A stretch of DNA of 64,000 nt, taken from contig CAWDXE010000001.1 in NCBI GenBank assembly GCA_963806185.1, forward strand, positions 224,001-288,000, given 5' to 3'. The notes under the pieces were generated by a model. It saw only the letters and a program-made list of their open reading frames with translations, ran no database searches and had not been told where the DNA came from. This document shows, one piece after another, positions 31,150-40,947 of this stretch. Position numbers and translations under genes: made by a program. The first letter of the stretch is position 1; every line of letters begins with the position of its first letter. The DNA comes from an uncultured candidate division Zixibacteria bacterium (GTDB taxonomy: Bacteria > Zixibacteria > MSB-5A5 > GN15 > FEB-12).

Positions 31150-32451
31150 TCAGTTTCCCTTCTCGATATCTGTTGAACCGATCGCGTACAAGTAGGCGCT
31201 ACGAGCGATATAGTACTGCACCAGCGTGGCATGGCGCGAACCGTCAGCAACGGCGAGATCCGCCTCGGCTTCAAGCAGGCGATTGGCTGTCATGGTACCT
31301 TCTTTATGTTGCGCCGAGGCGAGGCGGAAGTGATCGGAGGTGATTCGGTACTCGGCCACCGCTGTCAGGTATTGGCGGTGGGCCAGGTGCATTTGTTCCA
31401 AACTGACGGCAGCGTCGCGAGTGAGATTCTCTTTTATCAAATCGCGATCAAATTCGGCGCCTGCCAGCGCCCAGTTGGCAGAACGAGCCCGGTTGGCCGT
31501 GCGGCCGCCGATATTAAACGACCAGGTGAGATTTCCTCCCACGGTGAAGTAGTCGTTCCAGCTGTTGTTGAACAGGTCCCGGTTAGGCTTGCCGTAGGAG
31601 TAGCCGCCATAGGCGGAGACAGTGGGGAGGTAATCCGTTTTAGACAGTCGTACGCGAGCGCGATTGACTGAGACTCCGGCCTCGGCGACGCGAAGCTCCG
31701 GCTTCTGGGCGTCGACAATCGCATCGCCATCCGGTTCGATCGGGTCGGGAATTACCTCGGCAAAACGGACGGAGTCCGATATCGGCAATCCGAGTAACGT
31801 GAGCAGAGAAAGTTCGGCTGTGCGTCGACTATTGCGGGCCTGTTCCAAACCAATTTGCGCTCGTGACAGAGCGAGCTGAGCATCAAGAATATCGACCGAG
31901 TCGGCCGAGCCGCCGTCAAACAGTGACTGAACATCCTGTGAAATAACTTCGGCCCGTTTGAGTTGTGCTTCGGATGTTCTGACGAGGCCGTCCGCTTTGT
32001 ACAGGGTGTAGTACGCGACGCGAGTCTGGAAAGCGAGGCGCATGCGCTCGGCATCCAATTGCGCCTGACTCAGTTCGCGGGCCGCCTTGGAAGTAGCGAT
32101 ACTGTTGCTGATTCTTCCACCGGTATAGAGCGGCATGGATAGACGAAGGTCGAGTTGATAATTCTGTTCGCTGCCGAGTTCGCGGGAAAATGACGGTGCA
32201 CCTGGAATCGGGAGGGCAATGTCGAATGATGGAACAGCACTGATGTACGACGCTGCGCCGTTGGCCGAAAGTGTGGGAAACCGCTCCGCTTGCAGAGCGC
32301 GTACGTCCGCTTCGGCACCGGCCAGCCCGGACTGCGCCCGTTTCAGACTTCGCGAATGTTCCTCGGCAAGGCTGAGCGCCTGAGTAAGAGTGAGATCGCG
32401 CGCTTGAGCGACACTGCACAGATACACTAGAACAAGGACTATAGCTTTCAT
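31150..32451 (-). CDS. TolC family outer-membrane efflux protein
   Basis: Signal peptide, LTL.QA, PTLS, PLYTGG, duplicated helical repeats; operon context. Confidence 0.9.
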   Translation of the reverse strand: MKAIVLVLVYLCSVAQARDLTLTQALSLAEEHSRSLKRAQSGLAGAEADVRALQAERFPTLSANGAASYISAVPSFDIALPIPGAPSFSRELGSEQNYQLDLRLSMPLYTGGRISNSIATSKAARELSQAQLDAERMRLAFQTRVAYYTLYKADGLVRTSEAQLKRAEVISQDVQSLFDGGSADSVDILDAQLALSRAQIGLEQARNSRRTAELSLLTLLGLPISDSVRFAEVIPDPIEPDGDAIVDAQKPELRVAEAGVSVNRARVRLSKTDYLPTVSAYGGYSYGKPNRDLFNNSWNDYFTVGGNLTWSFNIGGRTANRARSANWALAGAEFDRDLIKENLTRDAAVSLEQMHLAHRQYLTAVAEYRITSDHFRLASAQHKEGTMTANRLLEAEADLAVADGSRHATLVQYYIARSAYLYAIGSTDIEKGN

Positions 32452-33086
32452 GCTGGTTTAGCTCGCAAACCGTTAAGGAGTAAATCGACAATTACTTTCT
32501 TTCGTTCTTCAATAAACGCGTCGCGATCAGTGAGGGGTCCCATGGTGGCAAAAAGTGGTTCGAGAAAATAGAAACCGATGCTCAACGTGAGAAATGCGGT
32601 CATGATCTGGCGCGGATCAAAGCGCCGGAACTCACCGGTCTCCATAGAATTTCTGAGCCGAACGATCACGTCCTGCGGGAGTCCGGAGCCGAGAATATTC
32701 TTGGTCATCCGGTCGAGGAACTGACGGTCGGGGTTGGCCAATTCACGCATGAGAATGGAACGGACATCGGGCCGGTTTCCAATGAGGGTTGCATGGCGTT
32801 CGACGGCGGCGCGAAGGAACTCCTCAAAAGTGAATGATGCAGACAGATCCTGGCGAATGAGCGACATAGCGCGTTGCTGGAATTCATCGATGACGCAGCC
32901 GTAGAGCTCGTCCTTGGATTTGAAATGATAGTAGATCATCGCCTTATTGACGCCGGCGTGTTCGGCAATACGATCAACGCGGGCACCGGCAAGGCCGAGT
33001 TCGGCGAATTCCAGGCGGGCGGCTTCGAGGATCTTCTCGCGGGTGGTATCGCTAATGGAATGTTCGTGATCGTTCGCTTCTCTCAT
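32448..33086 (-). CDS. TetR/AcrR family regulator
   Basis: ILEAARLEFAELGLAGARVDRIAEHAGVNKAMIYYHF.SK HTH. Confidence 0.95.
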   Translation of the reverse strand: MREANDHEHSISDTTREKILEAARLEFAELGLAGARVDRIAEHAGVNKAMIYYHFKSKDELYGCVIDEFQQRAMSLIRQDLSASFTFEEFLRAAVERHATLIGNRPDVRSILMRELANPDRQFLDRMTKNILGSGLPQDVIVRLRNSMETGEFRRFDPRQIMTAFLTLSIGFYFLEPLFATMGPLTDRDAFIEERKKVIVDLLLNGLRAKPA

Positions 33087-33120
33087 AACTAACCAGTCAG
33101 TTCAACTAAACTGTTAGTTA
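33086..33120. promoter_or_regulatory. Probable TetR operator
   Basis: taactaac-cagtcagttcaactaaact-gttagtta: two tandem imperfect aactaa..tagtt palindromes abutting the tetR start codon. Confidence 0.7.
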
Positions 33121-33221
33121 TATACGAAAGAAGGGAGGAAAGTTGCAGGAAAATCTGCACTCCCCGTCAAGAATTTTCCTAAGCTATTATACAGCAATAT
33201 CTTACTTTGTGATTATTCCGT

Positions 33222-34814
33222 CTATTTGAGCAGGAGCATCTTCTTTGCTTGGTCGAACCTGCCAGTCACCAGACGGTAGAAATATATCCCGCTGGCGGCT
33301 GGCTGGCCGTTGTCCCCGTAGCCGTCCCAGGTAATCTGATGGGTTCCCGCCGTGAGTTCCTGATCGCCAAAGATTCAGACAAGTTGTCCGAGGCTATTGT
33401 AGATGCGAAGAGAGACCCTTTCTTTCTGTGGCAGACTGAAGCTGATCACAGACTGGCTGTTGAAGGGGTTGGGGTAGTTTTGGGAGAGGCTGAAATCTGA
33501 CGGCAGCGGCTCCGGGTCATCGTTGGTCACATCGGTTGGAATCGCTGCGGTCCCGGTCTGGACAAAGAGTCGGCGCTGGTTGTACGGTTCCGGGGCGACA
33601 GCGGTATAGCAAACGGCAAACGATGAAGAGCTTGGCATCGCTGCGATCCAGACATTCTGAACAGATTCGCCCGCATAGGTAATGTTGTCTGAGGTAAGGT
33701 GGCTCCACGAACGATCGTATAGTTCGAGGTGGTCCCCCGTGTGCGATCGAGTGGTTGCGAGAATAGCAAAGCCATTCTGCAGCGTTACGGGCAGGAGGTT
33801 TTCGGATCTCGCGGCCGGGACCGAGGCCACAAATTCGAACCCGTCCGTTTGTGTGTTTAGTTTGCGGATTTCACGAGCCCCTCTCAGGGCAAAAAACTGT
33901 CCGGAGTCGGTCGTTACATGGCGGACATCGTACCAGGTGGCATCATCCGCAAGATACACGCTGTCGATGACGACGCCAGAGTCGTTAACGCTGTCCAGCG
34001 CAATGGAATGGGTTCGGTAGTACACCTCGGGACGAAAACACCAAGGTTCCATATCCATGTAAAAATAGAGATGGCAAAACAGATCAGGATCGACGATGGA
34101 TATACCCTGGGCGGTAGTGATAAATTCCGATCTTCCCCCGGAGGTATGCGCCGAGGGATAGGTATTTGCCCGGGGCAGGCGGAAGTTTTCCTTCTGCTTT
34201 GTTACCAGATTCGTCACGACGACGGAGTGAATATCGCGGATGGTTTCGAACCAATCACTACCGGTGGTATATTCGAGATACAAGAGCGAATCCAGAATCG
34301 CACTGCGAACATCCCAGGGCCAGACTGTTCTGTCGGATGTTTGCCATTTGCCCAGCAGAATACTCTGTGCGAGTTCATCAGTAGTTGGGACGCTCGATTG
34401 GAAAATCGTTTCAAGGAAGTAAACGGAGTCAACGGACGGCGTGGTAGTTGCGCCGACTGACCGGTCTGTTTTCCAAAGAAGAACGTTATGATTGCCGGCC
34501 TTTGTCAACCAGGCATCAAAAACCATGGCATCGGGAATAACTGATCCGAGAGGAACGCATGATTCGGGGTGGGTCGGATCGGCGATCTTGAATCCGACAA
34601 GCTCAGTGTCGGTAGTCGTCTGACGTATTGCATAAATCAGGATGCCGCTGGAGTCGACAATTATTGACGGCTGACCAAGCGTATGCCCAATTACGGTGTC
34701 GAGCATGACGGCGGGACCCAATTGGATATCTTGTCCGAACGCCGCGCCTTCACAAAGTACGGCAAGCACGAAAAGTGCCGAAATGAACGGCTGGCAAGAT
34801 ACACCGCGAGTCAT
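33222..34814 (-). pseudogene. Secreted protein with NYPNPFN/FlgD-Ig-like C-terminal sorting domain, interrupted by an in-frame TGA at 33375-33377
   Basis: Signal peptide from MTRGV (RBS ggagg). After ...YNSLGQLV* the same frame continues IFGDQELTAGTHQITWDG...ASGIYFYRL...KKMLLLK to TAG at 33222. Confidence 0.75.
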
Positions 34815-34920
34815 AGATCCTCCAGAGGTATCATAGATAATATAGTCGAATTGCGGGAAGTCACAAGGTTGAAACAAGAAGATCGGCGCGATGGCGATGG
34901 AGACGCTAACCAATTGTGGA

Positions 34921-35451
34921 TTAGCGCGTTATCTTGAGCTTCACCCGACCGTCGAGAGTGATCGCGGCGCCGGCCGAATTGGCGAACTGGGCGTTGACGG
35001 TGGCAAACAAGTGTCCCTTGCTGATCGAGTCGATCACCATCTCACCACTGGTCGGTCGATAGATCTTAGATTCGGCCGGCAAATCATAGCGTCCGACCAG
35101 ATTTACAAATGAGTTCTCGGCCAGCGGTATGGTCTGAGGCGAAGGTTCACCGGGGAGGTGGACGTACAGGCGGTACCGGAGGCTTTCATCGTAGCCGAGC
35201 ACTGAACCGTATTCGGTGGCGTGGCGCTGTCCCCGGCGGTTCATCGTGACAACGATGGTATTGCCGGTACCGGGCACAACTTTGACGTCGGCGTACGGAT
35301 CGGCCAGTTGTGATCCGACGATAAATTCGCGCTGGAGTACTTTGGCATTGCCGCGACTGCCCTCATCGGTAACAAAAAGATCGAGGCGGTAGCGGCTGGT
35401 GCAGCCGAAGGTGAGAAAGAGAAGCAGCGAGACGACAAGTATTCGTCGCAT
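34921..35451 (-). CDS. Hypothetical lipoprotein
   Basis: MRRILVVSLLLFLTFGC lipobox; 19 nt downstream of the GNAT gene. Confidence 0.75.
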   Translation of the reverse strand: MRRILVVSLLLFLTFGCTSRYRLDLFVTDEGSRGNAKVLQREFIVGSQLADPYADVKVVPGTGNTIVVTMNRRGQRHATEYGSVLGYDESLRYRLYVHLPGEPSPQTIPLAENSFVNLVGRYDLPAESKIYRPTSGEMVIDSISKGHLFATVNAQFANSAGAAITLDGRVKLKITR

Positions 35452-35470
35452 GACAGCGGGCTCAAATCAC

Positions 35471-36598
35471 TTAAAGGGGCATCTCCATGATGCGGTATTT
35501 CTTATACAACCTGGCGCCCATATCGGCGGCCGCGCGGTTCATCAATTCGTTCGTCTCGAGAATCCACGACAGCTCGGCCCAGTGGTACCCCTTCTCGCTG
35601 CCCTGACGAAAGGTATTGGTGTACAGCATAAGGTCGATCGCCCGCTTCTGAAATTTGGGGACGACGCCCATGGTGAGCATGCGGACACCGTTGATTTTGT
35701 TCCGCACCTTGGTGTGCCAGAGAAGTTTGAAGATGCCAACGGGGAGCAGGCGGCCGTGGAGGTGGATCAGGGCCTGATTGATATCGGGAAGCGCGAGCGA
35801 GAACGCCACCGGCTCGCCGTCGTGTTCGGCGATGAAGACCATGTCGGGATCGACAATCTGTTTCAGCTGTTTGGCCATGGCGAAGAATTCCTCTTCATCC
35901 ATCGGCACAAAGCCCCAATTGGGCGCCCAGGCGGCGTTATAGATTTCCAATACCTTGCGGACTTCATTGTCGAAGTCTCGCATGCGCAGAGTTCGGATCT
36001 TAATCCCGCCGCGTTTTTGCAATGCCTCGGTGACGCGAGCGACCCGATCGGAAATGCCGGCGGTCTTGTCCAACCGATAGGCATTCAGGTCCATGACCTT
36101 CTTGAGTCCGAATTTCTCGGCCAGTTTCGGCTGGTAGGGATAGTTCCAGGGCATCATGACGGTAGGCGGCAGGTCGAAGCCATCGATCAAAAAACCGATC
36201 TCGTGATTGGTGGAGAAATTCATCGGGCCGCGCATCCGTTCCATCCCCTCTTTCTTGAGGGTGATCATCGCCACTTTGAGCAGCCGCTGGGCGACATCGA
36301 AATCATCAATCGAATCGAAGAAGCCAAAGAAGCCGGTCTTTTCAGCGTGATAATCATTGTGACGGTAGTTGACGCAGGTTGCGACGCGCCCGCACACTTC
36401 GCCATCCTTTACGGCCAGAAACAGGCGCGTGCGGGCAGACCGATAGAAGGGGTTTTTCTTCGTGTCGAAAAACTCGTTGCGTTCGCTCACGAGTGGGACG
36501 ACGTATTGTGAGATACCCTTGTAGAGGGTGGTGGGAAAACGGATAAACTGTTTCAGTTGATCTTTCGACTCAACTTCAACAACATCGAGAGTGGCCAT
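35471..36598 (-). CDS. YghO-like GNAT acyltransferase, candidate bacterial ceramide synthase
   Basis: GR.A, GFFGFF, RGP..FS.N.E.G.L..GF, M.WN..Y, AW..NWGF.P, LPD.N, E.SWILE.N motifs; adjacent to spt. Confidence 0.8.
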   Translation of the reverse strand: MATLDVVEVESKDQLKQFIRFPTTLYKGISQYVVPLVSERNEFFDTKKNPFYRSARTRLFLAVKDGEVCGRVATCVNYRHNDYHAEKTGFFGFFDSIDDFDVAQRLLKVAMITLKKEGMERMRGPMNFSTNHEIGFLIDGFDLPPTVMMPWNYPYQPKLAEKFGLKKVMDLNAYRLDKTAGISDRVARVTEALQKRGGIKIRTLRMRDFDNEVRKVLEIYNAAWAPNWGFVPMDEEEFFAMAKQLKQIVDPDMVFIAEHDGEPVAFSLALPDINQALIHLHGRLLPVGIFKLLWHTKVRNKINGVRMLTMGVVPKFQKRAIDLMLYTNTFRQGSEKGYHWAELSWILETNELMNRAAADMGARLYKKYRIMEMPL

Positions 36599-36607
36599 AA
36601 GAGATTT

Positions 36608-37834
36608 CTACGAGATAAGTCCTTTTTCGCGTCCGACTTTGGCCATGACCTCGACCACACGGTCCAGGTGCTTTTCGGTGTGGGTTGCGGTGTACGAGGT
36701 CCGGATCATGGCTTGTCCGGGGGGAACGGCGGGTGAGATCACCGGGTTGGTAAACACGCCGTTGTCATAGAGCGCTTTCCAGAAAGCGAAGCATTCCAGA
36801 TCTTCGCCGACCACGATCGGTACGATGGGGGTCTGCGTGTGTCCGATGTTGAAGCCGAGGCTTCGGAATTCCCGCTGCATGCGCTGGGCGTTTTTCCAGA
36901 GCTGTTCGCGCCGCTGGGGTTCGCTTTCAATAATGTCCAGGGCAGCCAGCACGGCGGCGGCTGAGGAGGGTGTCATGGAAGCGGAGAAGATGAGCGCCCG
37001 GGCCGTGTGCTGGATGTAGTCGATAACGTCAGCCTCACCGGCGATAAACCCGCCCAGCGCGGCAAATGATTTGGAGAAGGTGCCCATGATGAGGTCGACT
37101 TCACTGGACAAGCCGAAATGTTCGGCGGTGCCGGCGCCGGTCTTGCCGAGGACACCGACCGCATGAGCGTCATCGACCATGACCTTAGCGTTGTACTTCT
37201 TGGCCACTTTCACCAGGTTCGGCAAATCGATGATGTCGCCTTCCATCGAGAAAACGCCATCCACGACCACAAGAATGCCGCCCCGACCGTTGTTGGCGCG
37301 CACATTCTTAATGACGCGTTCGAAATCTTCCATGTCGTTGTGCGCGAACTTGTAGACCTTGCCATATGAGAGGCGGCAGCCATCGACAATGCAGGCATGC
37401 ACCTGGCGATCGATGATGATGGCGTCGTTCTTTCCAACCAGACAAGAAATGGTTCCCAGGTTGGTCTGGAAGCCGGTGGAAAAAACGAGTGCGCGCTCCT
37501 TGTGGACGAATTTAGCCAGACGTCGCTCAAGTTCCAGATGGAGATCGAGCGTGCCGTTCAGGAAGCGTGAACCGGTACATCCGGAGCCGAATTCCATGGC
37601 GGCCTTGGCGGCGGCTTCTCTGACTTTGGGATGATTGACCAAGCCGAGGTAGTTGTTGGAGCCGGCCATAACGCAGGGCTGGCCATCGACGATGACCTCA
37701 TCGCCCGGGGCACTCTGGATGGGGTGAAAATAGGGATAGATGCCGAGCGCTTTGACATCGTCGGCGGCGGTGAATTTGTAGCACTTCTCAAAGAGGTCAG
37801 GAAATGTTACTTGCGGTGCGTCCTTGGCCTGCAA
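36608..37834 (-). CDS. spt: Serine palmitoyltransferase (AOS-family PLP enzyme)
   Basis: G.YPYF.PI, GSNNYLGL, GSRFLNGT, TGFQTNLG, DGVFSMEGD, DDAH, GTFSKS, IFSAS; TTG start after RBS aaggag. Confidence 0.82.
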   Translation of the reverse strand: MQAKDAPQVTFPDLFEKCYKFTAADDVKALGIYPYFHPIQSAPGDEVIVDGQPCVMAGSNNYLGLVNHPKVREAAAKAAMEFGSGCTGSRFLNGTLDLHLELERRLAKFVHKERALVFSTGFQTNLGTISCLVGKNDAIIIDRQVHACIVDGCRLSYGKVYKFAHNDMEDFERVIKNVRANNGRGGILVVVDGVFSMEGDIIDLPNLVKVAKKYNAKVMVDDAHAVGVLGKTGAGTAEHFGLSSEVDLIMGTFSKSFAALGGFIAGEADVIDYIQHTARALIFSASMTPSSAAAVLAALDIIESEPQRREQLWKNAQRMQREFRSLGFNIGHTQTPIVPIVVGEDLECFAFWKALYDNGVFTNPVISPAVPPGQAMIRTSYTATHTEKHLDRVVEVMAKVGREKGLIS

Positions 37835-37879
37835 TCCGACTCCTTCGTAGTGAGGTTCCGATTCTCGCTTAAGCCGCTC

Positions 37880-37908
37880 ATAAAACCACTTTTGACCGCA
37901 TTTGTCAA
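37880..37908 (-). promoter_or_regulatory. Possible promoter of spt
   Basis: TTGACA on the minus strand, within a TTGAC-N7-GTCAA palindrome (37892-37908); weak -10. Confidence 0.35.
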
Positions 37909-38074
37909 GAGGTTAGCCGGGGCTGCCAAGCGTAACACGGTCGCAAGACGGTCCATCGAGAGCCATTCAACCTCTTGCAGGACAACGGCAAAAAAACTCC
38001 CGACCAACCAGGGTGGGCAGCCAGCATCAAAACCGTGGCCGATTCTGGCCGAGGTAGCGTGTGACGCTGAAAGT

Positions 38075-39301
38075 TCAGCCTCTCCCCCGATGTCCGCCTC
38101 CCCTGGACTTCAGGCCCAACCCCATGACGGCTGCTGGAATGATGTCTCGGCGGTTGAGCCAATGGTAAAGAATGGCCAGGACCACGTAGGCGATGGCCAC
38201 CTCAACGCGAATTTGTTCGACCAGCAATTGGGCGGCAAAAAGCACAAAGAGCAACAGGCCGTCAAGGCGACTCAGCCGCAGATTAACCAACAGGGCAACA
38301 GCAAACAATGACTGGGCGGCGGTGAGAATGAGCTCGTGATCCTGCAGAGTGTCGAGCATGAACGGCCTGATAGCGCCGCCCGAGATGGCATAGACGAGAG
38401 GAATGGTTCCGACCAGCAGGGTCCATTGATTGACTTTCGACGAAATGAGCGCTTTGAGCGCTGAGCCGGCAGCACCCCGAAGGGTCCAGGTGGCGGCGAC
38501 GATAAATTCCGGTGACTCCGAGGCGATAGGGGCCAGCCACTGCACCAGCAGGAACTCCTTGATGCCGAGCACTTTGCCCATTGAGACGAGCGATTCGGCA
38601 AACGGTTCAGCGACAAAGAAGATAACGCCACCAGCGAAGAGAAACATCAAGCCGGTGGTCAGCCTTCGCGGCATCGTTTTCATATTCGCCACGATCTTAA
38701 CGGGGCCGACTAGTTCTGGTTCATCGGATTCTATCTGAGCGGCACGTCGTGTATACAAGAAGAAGAGTGTCACCAAGATCAGCGTGTCGAACAGATTGAG
38801 GCTACCCTTGAGAGGAATGGTAAAGGAGTACAGGGTGGCCATAGCGAGATAGAAGATCTCGACACGTTGCGTCTCGTGCAGGATGATTTCTTTCTTCTTT
38901 TTGGCGATGACATAAAGCAGGAGAATAAACGGCCAGCCGAGCCCGACGAGCAGGCGATTGGCGCCAGTCATGTTGGCTATGGCATAATGGGCCTGGCTGG
39001 GATCGTGAGCCGCTTTCCAGGTGAAGACGAAGTCCACGGCATACTCAGGTAAGACGGCGATGAGCGCGAGGATGGCGACGGCGAGCGATTCCGATATATC
39101 GACCTGGGCCGCTTCGGCGGCCCAGGACAGGATGAAGGCGGCGCCGAAGATCGCGATACCAAAGGCGAACACGCCGATGATGGGCGAGAGCGGGACATGA
39201 AACAGGCCGCACAGCAGGCCGGGCAGAGTGACGACCAGGGCCACAATGAGAATCAAATAGAGATACGGATCGATATCATACTTTTTGTGTTGATGCTCCA
39301 T
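38075..39301 (-). CDS. CaCA family (Na+/Ca2+ or cation/H+) exchanger
   Basis: Alpha repeats AVLPEY...ANMTGAN and ASESPE...SSKVNQ; about 11 TM segments. Confidence 0.88.
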   Translation of the reverse strand: MEHQHKKYDIDPYLYLILIVALVVTLPGLLCGLFHVPLSPIIGVFAFGIAIFGAAFILSWAAEAAQVDISESLAVAILALIAVLPEYAVDFVFTWKAAHDPSQAHYAIANMTGANRLLVGLGWPFILLLYVIAKKKKEIILHETQRVEIFYLAMATLYSFTIPLKGSLNLFDTLILVTLFFLYTRRAAQIESDEPELVGPVKIVANMKTMPRRLTTGLMFLFAGGVIFFVAEPFAESLVSMGKVLGIKEFLLVQWLAPIASESPEFIVAATWTLRGAAGSALKALISSKVNQWTLLVGTIPLVYAISGGAIRPFMLDTLQDHELILTAAQSLFAVALLVNLRLSRLDGLLLFVLFAAQLLVEQIRVEVAIAYVVLAILYHWLNRRDIIPAAVMGLGLKSRGGGHRGRG

Positions 39302-39333
39302 GAGAAGTTGCCCCTATTTCACCAGAGACTTGA

Positions 39334-40242
39334 TTAGCCTCGAATTACCATATTGACGATGTCCTTGCGCAGGAGTACGCCGACCAAGTTGTTGTCGTTG
39401 TCGGTGACGAAGACGCGGCGGACGTCCTTGAAGATCATGGCCGCAGCAACGTCAACGATTCGGGTGTTCGGCGAGGCGACCATTTGATCGGTGCGATAGA
39501 GTTGGGCCACCTTGATTTTATCCTCCTGCTTGAGAAGGTCTTCAAATGGTTCGCCGTCGATCGAATATCTCATATATTCAATTTCCCGGGCATCGGCCGG
39601 CAGAGCGGCGCGAATCAAATCTCGATCGCTGATTTGTCCCAGCAGTTTACGGTTATGGTCGACAACGGCGAGCGCCGACAGGCGATGACGAAACATCAGA
39701 TTGGCAACATCCTTCAGTGAGTCCTCGGGGGTGACGGTCGCAACGCGGTGGCGCATCACGTCCTTGACCACCAGTTCCTTGTCAACTACCACGTTGGCGT
39801 CGGAGATCATCTTGACGATGTCGGGCGGGCCGGCGGCAGCCAGCAGGCGGGCGAGGGAATCCGGCCGACGAGCAAAGGTAGCCAAGCCGGAGAGCGTCTG
39901 TAAATACAGCTTCGCGATGTGTGACGGAGTCAGCAAGAGGCACACAACGTGCAGCATCTGACCATCACTGGTACGGCCGGCCATGCCGTGCTTTGAGACA
40001 CCGATGAGGATAAACATCTCGGCCACAGCGTCAGTCCGCGCGTGGGGGAAGGCAAAGCCGTGGCCGTAACAGGTATCCTCGATTTCTTCGCGTTCGCGAA
40101 TAGATCTGAGAACAGAATCGTAATCGAATGCCACGCCTTCGGCGACGATCATGTCGAGGAGTTCACGAATCGCCTCGTCTTTTGTCTGAGCGACGAGATC
40201 AATATTGATCCGGCGCTCCATCAGCAAATTAGCCAATTTCAT
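39334..40242 (-). CDS. PTS EIIA (Ntr/fructose-type) domain fused to a CBS-domain pair
   Basis: REREE..T..G.G.AFPHAR with phosphorylatable His; C-terminal V.DVM...VT...VVD...G.I.D.D CBS repeats. Confidence 0.87.
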   Translation of the reverse strand: MKLANLLMERRINIDLVAQTKDEAIRELLDMIVAEGVAFDYDSVLRSIREREEIEDTCYGHGFAFPHARTDAVAEMFILIGVSKHGMAGRTSDGQMLHVVCLLLTPSHIAKLYLQTLSGLATFARRPDSLARLLAAAGPPDIVKMISDANVVVDKELVVKDVMRHRVATVTPEDSLKDVANLMFRHRLSALAVVDHNRKLLGQISDRDLIRAALPADAREIEYMRYSIDGEPFEDLLKQEDKIKVAQLYRTDQMVASPNTRIVDVAAAMIFKDVRRVFVTDNDNNLVGVLLRKDIVNMVIRG

Positions 40243-40248
40243 ATGTAG

Positions 40249-40911
40249 TCACCTGCCGGTTGTCGCGGGCCGCGACAAATGACGGGCATGAATCAGGTCG
40301 GGGGACGCGGCGCCACCCGATACCAGATACTTCACCCCTTGCTCGACGGTCATATCCAGGACATACGCTTTGTCGGCCGGGACGAGGGCGACGTTACCGG
40401 TCATCGGAGTAGGCGTCGAGGGAATGAACACGGCGATATAGGGGTCGCGAGATCCGTCGACAGCTATTTCCAGACGATGCGTAATGAATCCGATCGCGTA
40501 GATGCCGACGCGCGGATATTCGACCAGAGCAACCTCTTTGAAGGAAGTCGAGGACGAGCCGGCCATCGCTTCCAGAAGCTGCTTGGCGGCGGAATACACC
40601 GGCCGCACCAAAGGCATGCCGTTGAGAAATCGGTCGCCCAGATGGTAGATTTGAGCACCGAGGAAATTGCGCGTAATGATTCCGGCGATAATGATGATGA
40701 CAAGCGTGGTCACCAGGCCAAGGCCGGGGATGGCAAAACCGAAGAGTTTGGTGATGACCGGCTGGAGGATGTCATCGACGGTGCTAAAGAGCAGCCGCAG
40801 GACCAGATAGGTGAGTATGACCGGAACGACAACGAGAACGCCGCTGAGGAAATACCGTTTGATAATGTTGGCCGCACCAGAGAATACCGACATACCCATC
40901 CCATCCACCAA
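40249..40911 (-). CDS. DUF502 family membrane protein
   Basis: F.SG.LV.VP, P.V..VY...KQ, F..V.LVEYPR.G, VFIP.TP.P.TG, M.VE....Y.VSGG. Confidence 0.9.
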   Translation of the reverse strand: MVDGMGMSVFSGAANIIKRYFLSGVLVVVPVILTYLVLRLLFSTVDDILQPVITKLFGFAIPGLGLVTTLVIIIIAGIITRNFLGAQIYHLGDRFLNGMPLVRPVYSAAKQLLEAMAGSSSTSFKEVALVEYPRVGIYAIGFITHRLEIAVDGSRDPYIAVFIPSTPTPMTGNVALVPADKAYVLDMTVEQGVKYLVSGGAASPDLIHARHLSRPATTGR

Positions 40912-40947
40912 TTAGTGCCCGGAGTATAGAATTAGTACGGAATAAAG

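Noticed and set aside
33375..33377. Selenocysteine or genetic-code reassignment of TGA
   Set aside because: The position is not a Cys site in this domain, and TGA is used as a normal stop in many genes here (livH, livM, livF, nuoK).
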